Both the position numbers and the translations under genes were made by a program. The notes under the pieces are model-generated. The model made no database searches. It worked only from the letters and a program-made list of their open reading frames with translations, and was not told the DNA's origin. A stretch of DNA of 64,000 bases from Candidatus Eiseniibacteriota bacterium. GTDB lineage: Bacteria > Eisenbacteria > RBG-16-71-46. This document shows positions 17,986-27,191 of the stretch, piece by piece. The DNA is taken from the NCBI GenBank assembly GCA_041483195.1, contig JBGPFC010000007.1:1-64000 (forward strand), in the 5' to 3' direction. Numbering within the stretch: position 1 is the stretch's first letter; each line of letters starts with the position of its first letter.

Positions 17986-18554
17986 GCGGGCGGCGCGCGC
18001 TCCGGCTGCTCGCGGCGCTGGGGCTGGCGGCGTGCGCGGCGTGCGGCGGCTCGCATGCGCCGCGCGCGGCAACGCCGGAGCGGACGCCCGCCGCGGCGCC
18101 GCCGCTGGCCGCGGCCGGCGCGGAGCGCGTGCTCGAAGCGGTGCGCGCCCCCGGCGCGCGTGCGGTGATGCTCAACGTCTGGGCCACCTGGTGCGCACCG
18201 TGCCGCGAAGAATTTCCGGACATCGTGCGCCTCGCCCGCGCGTACCGCGCGCGCGGGCTGCGCCTGGTGCTGGTGTCCGCCGATTTCGAGGACGGCGCGG
18301 GAGCGGCTCGCGCCTTTCTCGCCGGGCACGGGGTGGACGTGCCATCCTTCATCCGGACCGGCGACGACATGCGGTTCATCAACGCGATCGAGCCCTTCTG
18401 GAGCGGTGCGATCCCCGCCACGTTTCTCTACGACGGCGCGGGACGCAAGCTGGGCTTCTGGGAGGGCCGGCAGACCTATGCGACCCTCGAGTCGGCCGTG
18501 CGCAAGGCGCTCGATGAAGCGCCCTCACATGATTCCACGGAGGTCAAGCGATGA
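17982..18554 (+). CDS. TlpA-family thiol-disulfide oxidoreductase, probable lipoprotein
   Basis: GTGA overlap, LAAC lipobox-like signal, LNVWATWCAPCREEFP and WSGAIPAT. Confidence 0.88.
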   Translation: MSGRRALRLLAALGLAACAACGGSHAPRAATPERTPAAAPPLAAAGAERVLEAVRAPGARAVMLNVWATWCAPCREEFPDIVRLARAYRARGLRLVLVSADFEDGAGAARAFLAGHGVDVPSFIRTGDDMRFINAIEPFWSGAIPATFLYDGAGRKLGFWEGRQTYATLESAVRKALDEAPSHDSTEVKR

Positions 18555-19192
18555 AGCTGACGATGAAGACGGTGGTCCTCGGTTCGGCGATGATCGGGTG
18601 CGCGGTGGCGGCGTTCGTCGCGCCGGGCCGGGCCGACGATGCGCCGCGCGCGCTCGCGCTCGGGCAGCCCGCGCCCCGGGCCGCCGTGAAGATGATGAAC
18701 GTGGACGGACGCGCCCTCAGCATCGCGGAGGAGGCCGGGCGCAAGGGCACGCTCGTGATCTTCATGTGCAACGCGTGCCCGTGGGTGAAGGCCTGGCAGA
18801 CGCGCATCGTCGAGCTCGGCAACGGCTGCGCGAAGCGTGGCATCGGGGTGATCGCCATCAACTCGAACGATCCCGGGACCGTCCCCGAGGACGACTACCC
18901 GGTCATGCGGAGCAACGCGAAGGCGCACGGGATGACATTCCCCTACGTGGTGGACGCGACTTCGGACGTGGCGCGCGCGTTCGGCGCCACGCGCACCCCG
19001 GAGGCCTACCTGTTCGACGCCGCGGGCCGGCTCGTCTACCACGGCACGGTCGACGACAACGCGCATCAGCCCGAAGCGGTGAAGGCGCGCTACCTCGCGG
19101 ACGCCGTCAACGCCGTGGCCGCGGGAAAGAAGGTGGCGGTGGCGGAGACCAAGTCGCTGGGCTGCAGCATCAAGTTCCGGCCACGCGGTTGA
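18551..19192 (+). CDS. Exported redoxin (AhpC/TSA, thioredoxin-family)
   Basis: FMCNACPWV, IAINSND, FGATRTPE, YHGTVDD and GCSIK. Confidence 0.9.
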   Translation: MKLTMKTVVLGSAMIGCAVAAFVAPGRADDAPRALALGQPAPRAAVKMMNVDGRALSIAEEAGRKGTLVIFMCNACPWVKAWQTRIVELGNGCAKRGIGVIAINSNDPGTVPEDDYPVMRSNAKAHGMTFPYVVDATSDVARAFGATRTPEAYLFDAAGRLVYHGTVDDNAHQPEAVKARYLADAVNAVAAGKKVAVAETKSLGCSIKFRPRG

Positions 19193-19246
19193 CGCTCGAT
19201 TCATGAGAGCCGCATTCCGAGCGGCCCAAACGCACCGAAAATTCTC

Positions 19247-19275
19247 TTGCCTTGCGGCCCCGAGGTGGAGATAGT
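19247..19275 (+). promoter_or_regulatory. Putative sigma70 promoter of the cold-shock gene
   Basis: TTGCCT-17 bp-GATAGT, about 190 nt upstream of the start. Confidence 0.4.
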
Positions 19276-19463
19276 CATGCGCGTCTTCGGCAGAAGGTGG
19301 ACGTTTCATCGAGCGTTCAACGCCGCCAGGGACCTTCCTGGCGGGTTTTGTTTGCTCGCGATCCTCCTGTTCGAACCGCCGGTCGCAGTGACCGGACGCA
19401 GCCGTCGCGTCATGGCGGCAATTTACAGAGGGCCGTCGCGCCCTGCTTTCAAGGAGTATGTCT

Positions 19464-19664
19464 GTGGCTCGTGGCACGGTGAAGTGGTTCAACGAGGCGA
19501 AGGGATTTGGATTCATTTCCCAGGAGGGTGGAGAGGACGTGTTCGTGCACTTCTCGGCGATCCAGGGCGAGGGCTTCAAGACGCTCGCCGAGGGCGAAGC
19601 CGTGGAGTTCGATGTCACCCGTGGTCCGAAGGGACTGCAGGCGGCCAACGTCCGCAAGGCCTGA
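19464..19664 (+). CDS. csp: Cold-shock protein
   Basis: [24 protein letters not shown] and [19 protein letters not shown] lies 7 nt before GTG 19464; ATG 19458 is too close to the RBS. Confidence 0.97.
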   Translation: MARGTVKWFNEAKGFGFISQEGGEDVFVHFSAIQGEGFKTLAEGEAVEFDVTRGPKGLQAANVRKA

Positions 19665-19706
19665 AATTGTCACAAAGGTTCGCCCGAGGTACCACCTCAC
19701 GCACCG

Positions 19707-19730
19707 GGGCGGCGCTCACGCGCCGCCCTT
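19707..19730 (+). terminator. Hairpin after csp
   Basis: GGGCGGCGC-TCAC-GCGCCGCCC-TT, a perfect 9-bp stem. Confidence 0.55.
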
Positions 19731-19822
19731 CGCGTTGGCCCCGGAACCTGGCTCCATCCCCGGGGCCGCGGACCTCGCGGGCCGCGGCGGACTAGGGCCG
19801 CCGCGACCGCATCCTGGAATCC

Positions 19823-22147
19823 ATGCTCCGCCTCGTGAGTCGCTACGCGCGCTGGCTGCACACCCGCTGGCCGGCCGGAACCGTCGAGAAGCTCCCCGAG
19901 GTGCGTGCGGACGGCAGCACCAGGGTGCCGGGGATCTACGTCGCGGGCGATCTCACCGGCATCCCGCTCCTCAAGTTCTCGCTCGACTCGGGGGCGCGCG
20001 CGGTGGACGCCATCGCGTCCGACCCCGCGCTGCGCTCGGATGCCCCGGGGCCGGTTGGACTGCTCGACCTCGTCATCATCGGCGGGGGGGTATCGGGACT
20101 CGCCGCCGCGATCGAGGCGAAGCGTCGAGGGCTGGCGTTCGCCGTGCTCGAGAGCGCCGAGCCGTTCTTCACCCTCGTCAACTTCCCGAAGGCCAAGCCG
20201 ATCTACACCTACCCGCGCGAGATGACGCCGGCCGGCGGACTCCAGGTGCACGCCGACGTTAAGGAGGCGCTGCTCGACGAGCTGAACGCGCAGGTCGCCG
20301 CCGCCGGGATCGAAGTGACGCGCGCGCGCGCGCAGCGGGTGGAGCGTCGCGGTGGATTCCTCACGGTGCACGTCGCCGACGCCGCCCCGCGGGTCGCGCG
20401 CCGCGTGCTGGTCGCGATCGGACGGAGCGGCAATTTTCGCCGGCTCTCGGTGCCGGGGGAAGCGCTGGGCAAGGTCTACCACCGGCTGCACGACCCGAAG
20501 GATTTCACGGGGCGGCGTTGCCTGGTGGTCGGCGGAGGAGACTCGGCGCTCGAGACGGCGATCGCCCTCGCGGGATGCGGCGCCGACGTGACCCTCTCCC
20601 ATCGCAAGCCGGAGCTCGCGCGGCCCAAGCCCGAGAACATCGCGAAGCTCGAGGCGCTCATGCGCGACCCGATGGCGGAGGTCGCGGTCGAGCACCCGAC
20701 CTCCGAGCTCGTGACCAGCGCGGCGGGGCCCTATCTCGGAGTGCCGCACCCGCCCGGCCGCCTCACGCTGCGACCCGGCACTCACGTGAAGTCGATCGGC
20801 GAGCGCGAGGTGGTGCTGGCCGGCGGTGACGGAGTCTCCGAGACGCTCGCGAACGACGTCGTGTTCGCCATGATCGGACGCGAGGCGCCGCTCGAGTTCT
20901 TCCGCCGCTCGGGCGTGGCGATCGCGAACGAGATGACGCCGCTTCGCCGGGTGGGGCTCGCCCTGTTCCTGGCGTTCTGCGGCTGGCTCTACAACTGGAA
21001 GTCGGGCGGCGCGATGTCCGACCTCTGGTATCGGAACCACTGGTTCCCGACCAATCTGGGAGCGCTGCTCGCCGCGGCGGGGGGCGCGATCGCGTCGGCA
21101 GCTGGAGACCCGCACACGCTGCTCGGCACGCTCGCGATCAGCGCGTCGGGGCCCTCGTTCTGGTACACGCTCGCCTACTCGATCGTGGTCGTGACCTTCG
21201 GCGTGCGCCGCATCCGGAGGCGGCGGACGCCATACGTCAGGGCGCAGACCCTGACGCTCATGGCGGTGCAGGTGCTCCCGCTGTTCCTGATCCCCGAGAT
21301 CATCCTGCCCCAGCTCGGCTACCACGGACTCCTGCCGCGCCCGCTCGCCGACGCGTTGTTTCCGGCTGTGACCTACGGACACGGACGCGAGTACTGGCGG
21401 GCCTACGGGCTCATCCTCGCGTGGCCGCTCGACGTCTACAACATATTCACCCACGAGCCGCTGTGGTGGTGGATCGCGATCGGTTTCGTCCAGACCTGCG
21501 TGCTCATCCCGCTCGGGATCTACTTCTTCGGCAAGGGCGTCTATTGCGGCTGGATCTGCTCGTGCGGCGCGCTGGCCGAGACGCTGGGCGACACGCACCG
21601 CCACAAGATGCCGCATGGCCCCGGGTGGAATCGCCTGAACCTGATCGGGCAGGGGGTGCTCGCGGTCGCGGTGCTGCTGCTGGGGGTGCGGATCGCGGGT
21701 TGGATCCTGCCAGACGGCAGCTGGGCCGACCGCGTGTTCGAGCCGCTCAAGGCGCAATACAAGTGGACCGTGGACGTTTTCCTCGCCGGCGTCGTGGGCT
21801 ACGGAGTCTACTTCTGGTACTCGGGCCGCTTCTGGTGCCGGTTCATGTGCCCGCTCGCCGCGCTCATGCACATCTACGCGCGCTTCAGCCGCTTCGCGAT
21901 CGTGCCCGAGAAGAAGAAGTGCATCTCGTGCAGCGCGTGCACCACGATCTGCCATCAGGGGATCGACGTCATGAGCTTCGCGAACAAGGGCGTGCCGATG
22001 CAGGATCCGGAATGCGTGCGTTGCTCAGCCTGCGTGGAGGCCTGCCCCACCGGGGTGCTGCGGTTCGGGCAGGTGCGCCGCGACGGCAGCCTCATCACCA
22101 TCGACTCGCTGACGGCGAGCCCGGTGCTGATGCGCGAGGGACGCTAG
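19823..22147 (+). CDS. Fusion of a TrxB/YpdA-like FAD oxidoreductase and a membrane 4Fe-4S (NapH/RdxA-like) domain
   Basis: IIGGGVSG and VGGGDSALE. TM region with YCGWICSCG and WCRFMCPL. C-terminal CISCSACTTIC and CVRCSACVEACP. Confidence 0.85.
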   Translation: MLRLVSRYARWLHTRWPAGTVEKLPEVRADGSTRVPGIYVAGDLTGIPLLKFSLDSGARAVDAIASDPALRSDAPGPVGLLDLVIIGGGVSGLAAAIEAKRRGLAFAVLESAEPFFTLVNFPKAKPIYTYPREMTPAGGLQVHADVKEALLDELNAQVAAAGIEVTRARAQRVERRGGFLTVHVADAAPRVARRVLVAIGRSGNFRRLSVPGEALGKVYHRLHDPKDFTGRRCLVVGGGDSALETAIALAGCGADVTLSHRKPELARPKPENIAKLEALMRDPMAEVAVEHPTSELVTSAAGPYLGVPHPPGRLTLRPGTHVKSIGEREVVLAGGDGVSETLANDVVFAMIGREAPLEFFRRSGVAIANEMTPLRRVGLALFLAFCGWLYNWKSGGAMSDLWYRNHWFPTNLGALLAAAGGAIASAAGDPHTLLGTLAISASGPSFWYTLAYSIVVVTFGVRRIRRRRTPYVRAQTLTLMAVQVLPLFLIPEIILPQLGYHGLLPRPLADALFPAVTYGHGREYWRAYGLILAWPLDVYNIFTHEPLWWWIAIGFVQTCVLIPLGIYFFGKGVYCGWICSCGALAETLGDTHRHKMPHGPGWNRLNLIGQGVLAVAVLLLGVRIAGWILPDGSWADRVFEPLKAQYKWTVDVFLAGVVGYGVYFWYSGRFWCRFMCPLAALMHIYARFSRFAIVPEKKKCISCSACTTICHQGIDVMSFANKGVPMQDPECVRCSACVEACPTGVLRFGQVRRDGSLITIDSLTASPVLMREGR

Positions 22148-22154
22148 CGCACGC

Positions 22155-24839
22155 TCAGTCGCCCGGGAGCTCCGCTCCCTTCGCCACCCTCACCTCGAGC
22201 GTCTGCTTGAGCGGCCTGTCCTTGCCGCGGGTGAGCGTGACGGTGTAGGTGCCGGGCCGGACGAACGCGGGCTGATTGCTCCACTCCGGGCTGTCGATCC
22301 GCTGCTTGGGTTCGCCCTGCAGGTCCCACACGACGCGATGCAATCCCTGGGTGCCGGGGCCGGTGAGCGTTCTCAGCACGGTGCCCGCGCTGTCCGCGAC
22401 GCCGATGCTCACGCCCTCACCGGTCCAGTCGCGGACGAAGTAGTTCAGGTAGGCGCCGAACGGCGGGTTCTTCGCGGTGTACACGCGCTGTCCCCACACC
22501 CCTCCGATCGTGCGATGCAGATAGGCGGTCGCGGGCCGCGGCACGAAGAACGTGACGGAATCCGCGAGCGTGCCGGCGGTCCAGCGCTCGTAGGGCGTGA
22601 TGTCGTCCAGCACGTAGACGCTGCGGCCGTGCGTGCCGATCACGAGATCGCGTTCGCGCGGGTGGATCACGATGTCGTCCACCGCCACGGTCGGCAGCCC
22701 CTCGCCGAGCCTGACCCAGTGGGTTCCGCCGTCGAGCGTCATCCAGATGCCGAATTCCGTGCCCGCGAACAGCAGCTTCGGATTCGACAGGTCCTCGCGC
22801 ACCACGTTGACCGGCGCGGTGCGCGGCAGGTCGCCCACGATCGACTGCCAGCTCTTGCCGCCGTCGCGCGTGACCAGCAGGTACGGATCGAACACGTTGG
22901 TGCGATGGCCGTCGATCGCGAGATAGGCGGTGTTCGCGTCGTGATGCGAGGCCTCGATCCGGCTCATGTAGAGACCGGACGGCACGCCGCGGAGATTCGC
23001 GGTGAGATCACTCCAGTGGGCGCCGCCATCGCGGCTCACCCAGAGCTTACCGTCATCGGTGCCGGTCCAGATCGTGCCCTTCGCGACCGGCGACTCGGCG
23101 AGCGTGACGATGGTGCAATGGGTCTCGGCGGCCGATCCGCCGGTCACCATCTTGTCCGGATCGCGGGTCGTGAGGTCCGGGCTCGCGAGCTCCCACCGGT
23201 CGCCGCGCTCGATCAGGCGGAACAGGTGATTGCCACCCAGCCACAGCACGCTCGGATCGTGCGGCGAAACGATGAACGGCGAGTTCCAGTTGAAGCGGAA
23301 CGCCGGCTCGCCTTCCTTGGCGGAGGGCCTCAGGTTCCGCTCCTTGCCGGTGCGCAGGTCGATGCGCTGCAGGTAGGCGCCCTGCGACTCGTAGTACACG
23401 ACGTCGGGATCGCCGGGATCCACCGCCACGTGGAAGCCATCGCCGCCGCCGAGGCAGAACCAGTCATCGTTCAGGATCCCGTTGTGCTCCTGGTCGCCGA
23501 TGAACGGCTCGGGCTCGAAGCGGGTCTTGCTCGGCCCGCCCCAGCTCTGGTTGTCCTGAAGCCCGCCGTAGATCCAGTAGGGATCGCGGCTGTCCACCGC
23601 GAGGTTGTAGAACTCCCCGAGCGCGAGGTTGTTGATGAAGTCCCAGTTCTTCGCGCGATCGTCGCTCACGAAGATCCCGCCGTCGGTGCCCAGCATCACG
23701 TGGTCGCCGTTCGCGGGATCGATCCACATCGCGTGGCAGTCGGGGTGCAGGTTGCGCGCGCCCCCCGCGCGGAACGAGCGCCCGCCGTCGTCCGAGATCC
23801 AGAGGTCGGTGCCGAGCAGGTACACGCGGCGCTCGTCATTGGGCTGCACGCGGATCTGGCTGAAGTAGAACGGTCGCGGCGTGTAGGGGCTCAGGCGCTC
23901 CCAGTGCTCCCCGCCGTCCGCGCTGCGGAACACGCCGCCCGAGCGGCTCTTGTCCTCGAACGCCGCGATGTGGCCTCCGAGGTCGGACTCGATGACCGCC
24001 ATCACGACCTTCGGATTCTTGCGATAGACATCGAGGCCGATCCGGCCCGTCTCGGCCGGCAGTCCGTTCGTGAGCCTGGTCCACGAGCGCCCGCCATCCG
24101 TGGTGCGGTAGATCCCGCCGCTCGCCCCGCCGCCGGTATACGACCACGGCGTGCGCTGGCGCGCGTAGAGCGCGGCGTAGAGCACGCTCGAGTTGGACGG
24201 ATCCATCGCCAGGTCGCAGGCGCCCGTGCGCGCGTCCACCTTCAACACCTGGCTCCAGTGCCGGCCCCCGTCGGTGGTCTTGAACACGCCACGCTCCGGG
24301 TTCGCGCCCCACAGCCGGCCGAGGGCCGCGACGTAGACTGTGTTGCTGTCGGCGGGATCGGTCACGATCCGCGCGATGGTTGTGGTCGCATCGAGCCCCA
24401 GATGCTCCCAGTGTCCGCCGCCGTCGAGCGAGCGATAGACGCCGTTGCCCCACGACGAGGAATTGCGACTGTTCGCCTCCCCGGTGCCGACCCACACCAC
24501 GTCGGGGTTCTTCTGCCAGACCGCCACCGCGCCCACCGACGCGACGGCCTCGTGGTCGAACACCGGGCTCCAGGTCGTTCCCATGTTTGTGGTCTTGAAC
24601 ACTCCACCGGTGCCGAGCGCCATGAAGAAGGTCGCCGGCCGCTTCTCGACCGCCGCGAAGCCGGAGACCCGGCCTCCCATGTTCGCGGGGCCCACCGAGC
24701 GCCAGGCGATGTCGCGCACCAGCCTCGGCTCCAGCGCGACCGGCGAAGCCGCGTGTTCCGCCGCGAGGGCGGACGAAAGGCAGGATGCGAGCAGCAGCGG
24801 AGCCGCTGCGAACGACGGAATAATGGCGGGCCAGCGCAT
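22155..24839 (-). CDS. Secreted VPS10/sortilin-like beta-propeller (BNR/Asp-box repeat) protein
   Basis: WRSVGPANMGGR, repeated SxDGGxxW Asp-boxes, GGLQDN, GGGDG and GTHGRS. Confidence 0.9.
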   Translation of the reverse strand: MRWPAIIPSFAAAPLLLASCLSSALAAEHAASPVALEPRLVRDIAWRSVGPANMGGRVSGFAAVEKRPATFFMALGTGGVFKTTNMGTTWSPVFDHEAVASVGAVAVWQKNPDVVWVGTGEANSRNSSSWGNGVYRSLDGGGHWEHLGLDATTTIARIVTDPADSNTVYVAALGRLWGANPERGVFKTTDGGRHWSQVLKVDARTGACDLAMDPSNSSVLYAALYARQRTPWSYTGGGASGGIYRTTDGGRSWTRLTNGLPAETGRIGLDVYRKNPKVVMAVIESDLGGHIAAFEDKSRSGGVFRSADGGEHWERLSPYTPRPFYFSQIRVQPNDERRVYLLGTDLWISDDGGRSFRAGGARNLHPDCHAMWIDPANGDHVMLGTDGGIFVSDDRAKNWDFINNLALGEFYNLAVDSRDPYWIYGGLQDNQSWGGPSKTRFEPEPFIGDQEHNGILNDDWFCLGGGDGFHVAVDPGDPDVVYYESQGAYLQRIDLRTGKERNLRPSAKEGEPAFRFNWNSPFIVSPHDPSVLWLGGNHLFRLIERGDRWELASPDLTTRDPDKMVTGGSAAETHCTIVTLAESPVAKGTIWTGTDDGKLWVSRDGGAHWSDLTANLRGVPSGLYMSRIEASHHDANTAYLAIDGHRTNVFDPYLLVTRDGGKSWQSIVGDLPRTAPVNVVREDLSNPKLLFAGTEFGIWMTLDGGTHWVRLGEGLPTVAVDDIVIHPRERDLVIGTHGRSVYVLDDITPYERWTAGTLADSVTFFVPRPATAYLHRTIGGVWGQRVYTAKNPPFGAYLNYFVRDWTGEGVSIGVADSAGTVLRTLTGPGTQGLHRVVWDLQGEPKQRIDSPEWSNQPAFVRPGTYTVTLTRGKDRPLKQTLEVRVAKGAELPGD

Positions 24840-24906
24840 GGACGATCTCCTCGACGGGCTCAGGGGACGTTCGCGCGAGCGGACGGAGCATGCGCCGCGA
24901 CTCGCG

Positions 24907-25428
24907 TTACTTCACGTTCAACAGCTCGAGCTCGAAGACCAGCGTCGCGTTCGGCGGGATCGGGCCGCCCGGGGTGCCGGTCGCGCCGTACCCCAGGGCG
25001 GGCGGGATGACCAGCCTGCGCTTGCCTCCCACGCGCATGCCGCGTACGCCTTCGTCCCAGCCCTCGATGATGTGTCGCGGCTGCTCGCCGATGGTGAACG
25101 AGAGCGGCCTCCCCGAATCCAGCGAGCTGTCGAACTTGGTTCCATCGGTCAACCAGCCCGTGTAGTGCAGGGTCGCCACCATGCCGCCCTCTGCGATGGC
25201 CCCATCACCCACCTTGAGATCCGTGATCTTGAGCCCATCCGGCATCGTCTTCTCGGCGCTCGCGCCCTCGCCGCCGGTCACAGAGCCCGCGATCGCGCTC
25301 GAAGCCGCAGGGGTCGCGCCGCCCGCCGCGGCTTTCGAGGCGGAAGAGGCCGAGCCGGTGCCGGAGCCGGACTGTTGACAACCCGCCAGTACGAGCGCTG
25401 CGGCGATCCAGAGTGTGGCCCGCTTCAT
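24907..25428 (-). CDS. FKBP-type peptidyl-prolyl isomerase, lipoprotein
   Basis: LAGC lipobox, HYTGWLTDGTKFDSS, IEGWDEG, IPPALGYG and IPPNATLVFELEL. Confidence 0.95.
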   Translation of the reverse strand: MKRATLWIAAALVLAGCQQSGSGTGSASSASKAAAGGATPAASSAIAGSVTGGEGASAEKTMPDGLKITDLKVGDGAIAEGGMVATLHYTGWLTDGTKFDSSLDSGRPLSFTIGEQPRHIIEGWDEGVRGMRVGGKRRLVIPPALGYGATGTPGGPIPPNATLVFELELLNVK

Positions 25429-25587
25429 GGAGTGTCTCCTTTCGAACGGTGAAGGGAATACCGGTGAATGAGGGCGGACGTTGCCACAATCGGGCGGAGG
25501 CTTTCAATCCCGGTCCGCGGGCGGGCGCGAGCGGTGGTGCGCGGGTGGCCCTCCGGACCGTGGCACGGGCGGGCCCGAGCTGGCGGT

Positions 25588-25614
25588 TAAGTCCGGGCCA
25601 CGCGGGGCCGATGA
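25588..25614 (+). promoter_or_regulatory. Sigma28 (FliA/SigD/WhiG)-like promoter
   Basis: TAAG-N15-GCCGATGA, compared with the consensus TAAA-N15-GCCGATAA. Confidence 0.45.
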
Positions 25615-25700
25615 TCCATTGCGGAGATGGGTTCCGACCGGTCGTCGCCACGAGGGCGACGTCCCACCCCCTCACCGCCCAGCGCCGGAGGAGACTCACA

Positions 25701-26150
25701 GTGGCCGATCTCAACAAGGTGGTCGCGCATTCCTTGACCGGGAAGATCCTGAAGGGAACGACCCAGGATTTCTTTCCCAATCGCCCGCTGTTTCACGTCC
25801 AGCCGGTGGACGGTGGGCCGTCTGTCGAAATCCGCTGCAAGTCGCTCAAGGCGGCGTTCTTCGTTCGTGACTTCGAGGGCGATCGCCAGCGAAAGGATCT
25901 GCGTGGCTTCATCACGGGCCCGGCCGAGACGGCTCAGGGCAAGAAGCTCGCGGTCCGGTTCAAGGACGGGGAGCTGCTGTGCGGCTATTCGCTCTCCTAC
26001 TCGCCGGAACGGGACGGGTTCTTCATGTTCCCAGCGGACCCGGGGAGCAACAACCTGCGCATCTACGTCGTCACCACCTCGACGGTCGAGGTGAAGGCCG
26101 GCCCGGCCGCCGAAGCGCTCGCCGAGCGCTCGATGAACGACGCGGCCTGA
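25701..26150 (+). CDS. Hypothetical protein with two internal repeats (DUF6982-like)
   Basis: GTG after GGAGGAG. Repeats KVVAHSLTGKILKGTT..F and KLAVRFKDGELLCGYS..F. LKAAFFVRDFEG. Confidence 0.75.
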   Translation: MADLNKVVAHSLTGKILKGTTQDFFPNRPLFHVQPVDGGPSVEIRCKSLKAAFFVRDFEGDRQRKDLRGFITGPAETAQGKKLAVRFKDGELLCGYSLSYSPERDGFFMFPADPGSNNLRIYVVTTSTVEVKAGPAAEALAERSMNDAA

Positions 26151-26167
26151 TCGGGCGGCGCGCCGCG

Positions 26168-26199
26168 AGGAGCGACCTCACGGAACGGGGTCGCTCCTT
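26168..26199 (+). terminator. Hairpin after the DUF6982-like gene
   Basis: AGGAGCGACC pairs with GGTCGCTCCT (10-bp stem). It abuts the -35 box of the next promoter. Confidence 0.55.
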
Positions 26200-26226
26200 G
26201 CCGTTTCGGGCGAACTTGGATAGGGT
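26198..26226 (+). promoter_or_regulatory. Sigma70-like promoter for the 33-aa ORF
   Basis: TTGCCG-17 bp-TAGGGT. Confidence 0.5.
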
Positions 26227-26270
26227 GCGTGGCCGCGCCATGCGAGCGCGCACCCGAACCCAGGAGTGAC

Positions 26271-26372
26271 ATGACATCCTTCAAGCACCGCCTGCACCGC
26301 AAGCGCGCAAAGGTCAACGCCAAGAAGAAGAAGGCCAAGGCCCGCGCCGCCGCGCGCAAGGCCCGCCGCTAA
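26271..26372 (+). CDS. 33-aa Lys/Arg-rich small protein (small ribosomal-protein-like)
   Basis: AGGAG RBS at 26262-66. Sequence MTSFKHRLHRKRAKVNAKKKKAKARAAARKARR with GC3-biased codons. Below the ORF-track size cutoff. Confidence 0.75.
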   Translation: MTSFKHRLHRKRAKVNAKKKKAKARAAARKARR

Positions 26373-27172
26373 GGTTTCCCCGCCGTCCCCTTCGATCCGC
26401 GCAGCCAGTGGATGTACCCCCACAGCGCGTCCACGTCGCCCGCCTCGAGGTGTCGCTCGTAGGCCGGCATGTGCAGCACCGCGCGGCGCAGGAAGAATTG
26501 CGCGGCCGGATTCCCCTCGAAGCGACGGCTGACTCCCCGCTCGACCCACTCGCCGAACTCCCCGCGGCTGGTCACGAGCTCCGCGAAATCGCCGCCGTCC
26601 CAGGATGGCACGTAGCCCTTGAGTGAACCGGGATTGGGCCGCGCGAGCCGGCCGCCCGGGCCATGGCATCCGGAGCACCCGAGCGCCTCGCTGCGATCGA
26701 GACCGCGTTTCGCCAGCGAGTCCTCGGGGGCCGGCTCTCCAGCCATCGCCTCGACGTAGGACGCCAGGTCCTCGATCGCGCGCGCACCGAGGCGCTTGCG
26801 GAACGCCGGCATGCGCAGCGTTCCGCGCGCGCGCTGCTCGCGCCAGCTCTGGCTGTTCGCCTTCGAGGCCGGCACGCCGTCCCGGATCCACTCGCGGATC
26901 TCGTCGCGCGTCTTCGCGAACATCATGACGTCGCCTTCGAAATTGGGAACGGTCTTGTCCGAGCGCCCGGGATTGGCGGCGCCGCGCACGCCCTCGAAGG
27001 TGTGGCAGCCGAAGCAACCCGTGCTCAGCGCGAGCCGGCGGCCACGCTCCGCGGGGGGCAGCGCGGGCCGAATCGCCGCGGCCGCCGCGAGCGCGAGGCC
27101 AAGCGCGACGACGACCAGCAGGGGGCGGAGGCGCATGCGTGGATCGGGCGCGTGGGCTCTAAGCCATCCCAC
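26369..27172 (-). CDS. Diheme c-type cytochrome (two repeated domains)
   Basis: CFGCH and CSGCH, each followed by NPG and MPA(F/Y). Signal peptide present. Alternative start 27136. Confidence 0.88.
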   Translation of the reverse strand: MGWLRAHAPDPRMRLRPLLVVVALGLALAAAAAIRPALPPAERGRRLALSTGCFGCHTFEGVRGAANPGRSDKTVPNFEGDVMMFAKTRDEIREWIRDGVPASKANSQSWREQRARGTLRMPAFRKRLGARAIEDLASYVEAMAGEPAPEDSLAKRGLDRSEALGCSGCHGPGGRLARPNPGSLKGYVPSWDGGDFAELVTSRGEFGEWVERGVSRRFEGNPAAQFFLRRAVLHMPAYERHLEAGDVDALWGYIHWLRGSKGTAGKP

Positions 27173-27191
27173 GCGCCCGGGTGCGGGAGCG

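Noticed and set aside
22338..25010. 890-aa plus-strand ORF and similar long Arg/Ala-rich ORFs (e.g. 72-1445, 15236-17080, 19697-21955, 32868-34787, 55986-58085)
   Set aside because: These are antisense or off-frame shadows of well-supported genes, expected in high-GC DNA, and contain no recognisable motifs.
25561..25575. Sigma54 promoter at TGGCAC
   Set aside because: There is no TTGC at the -12 position.
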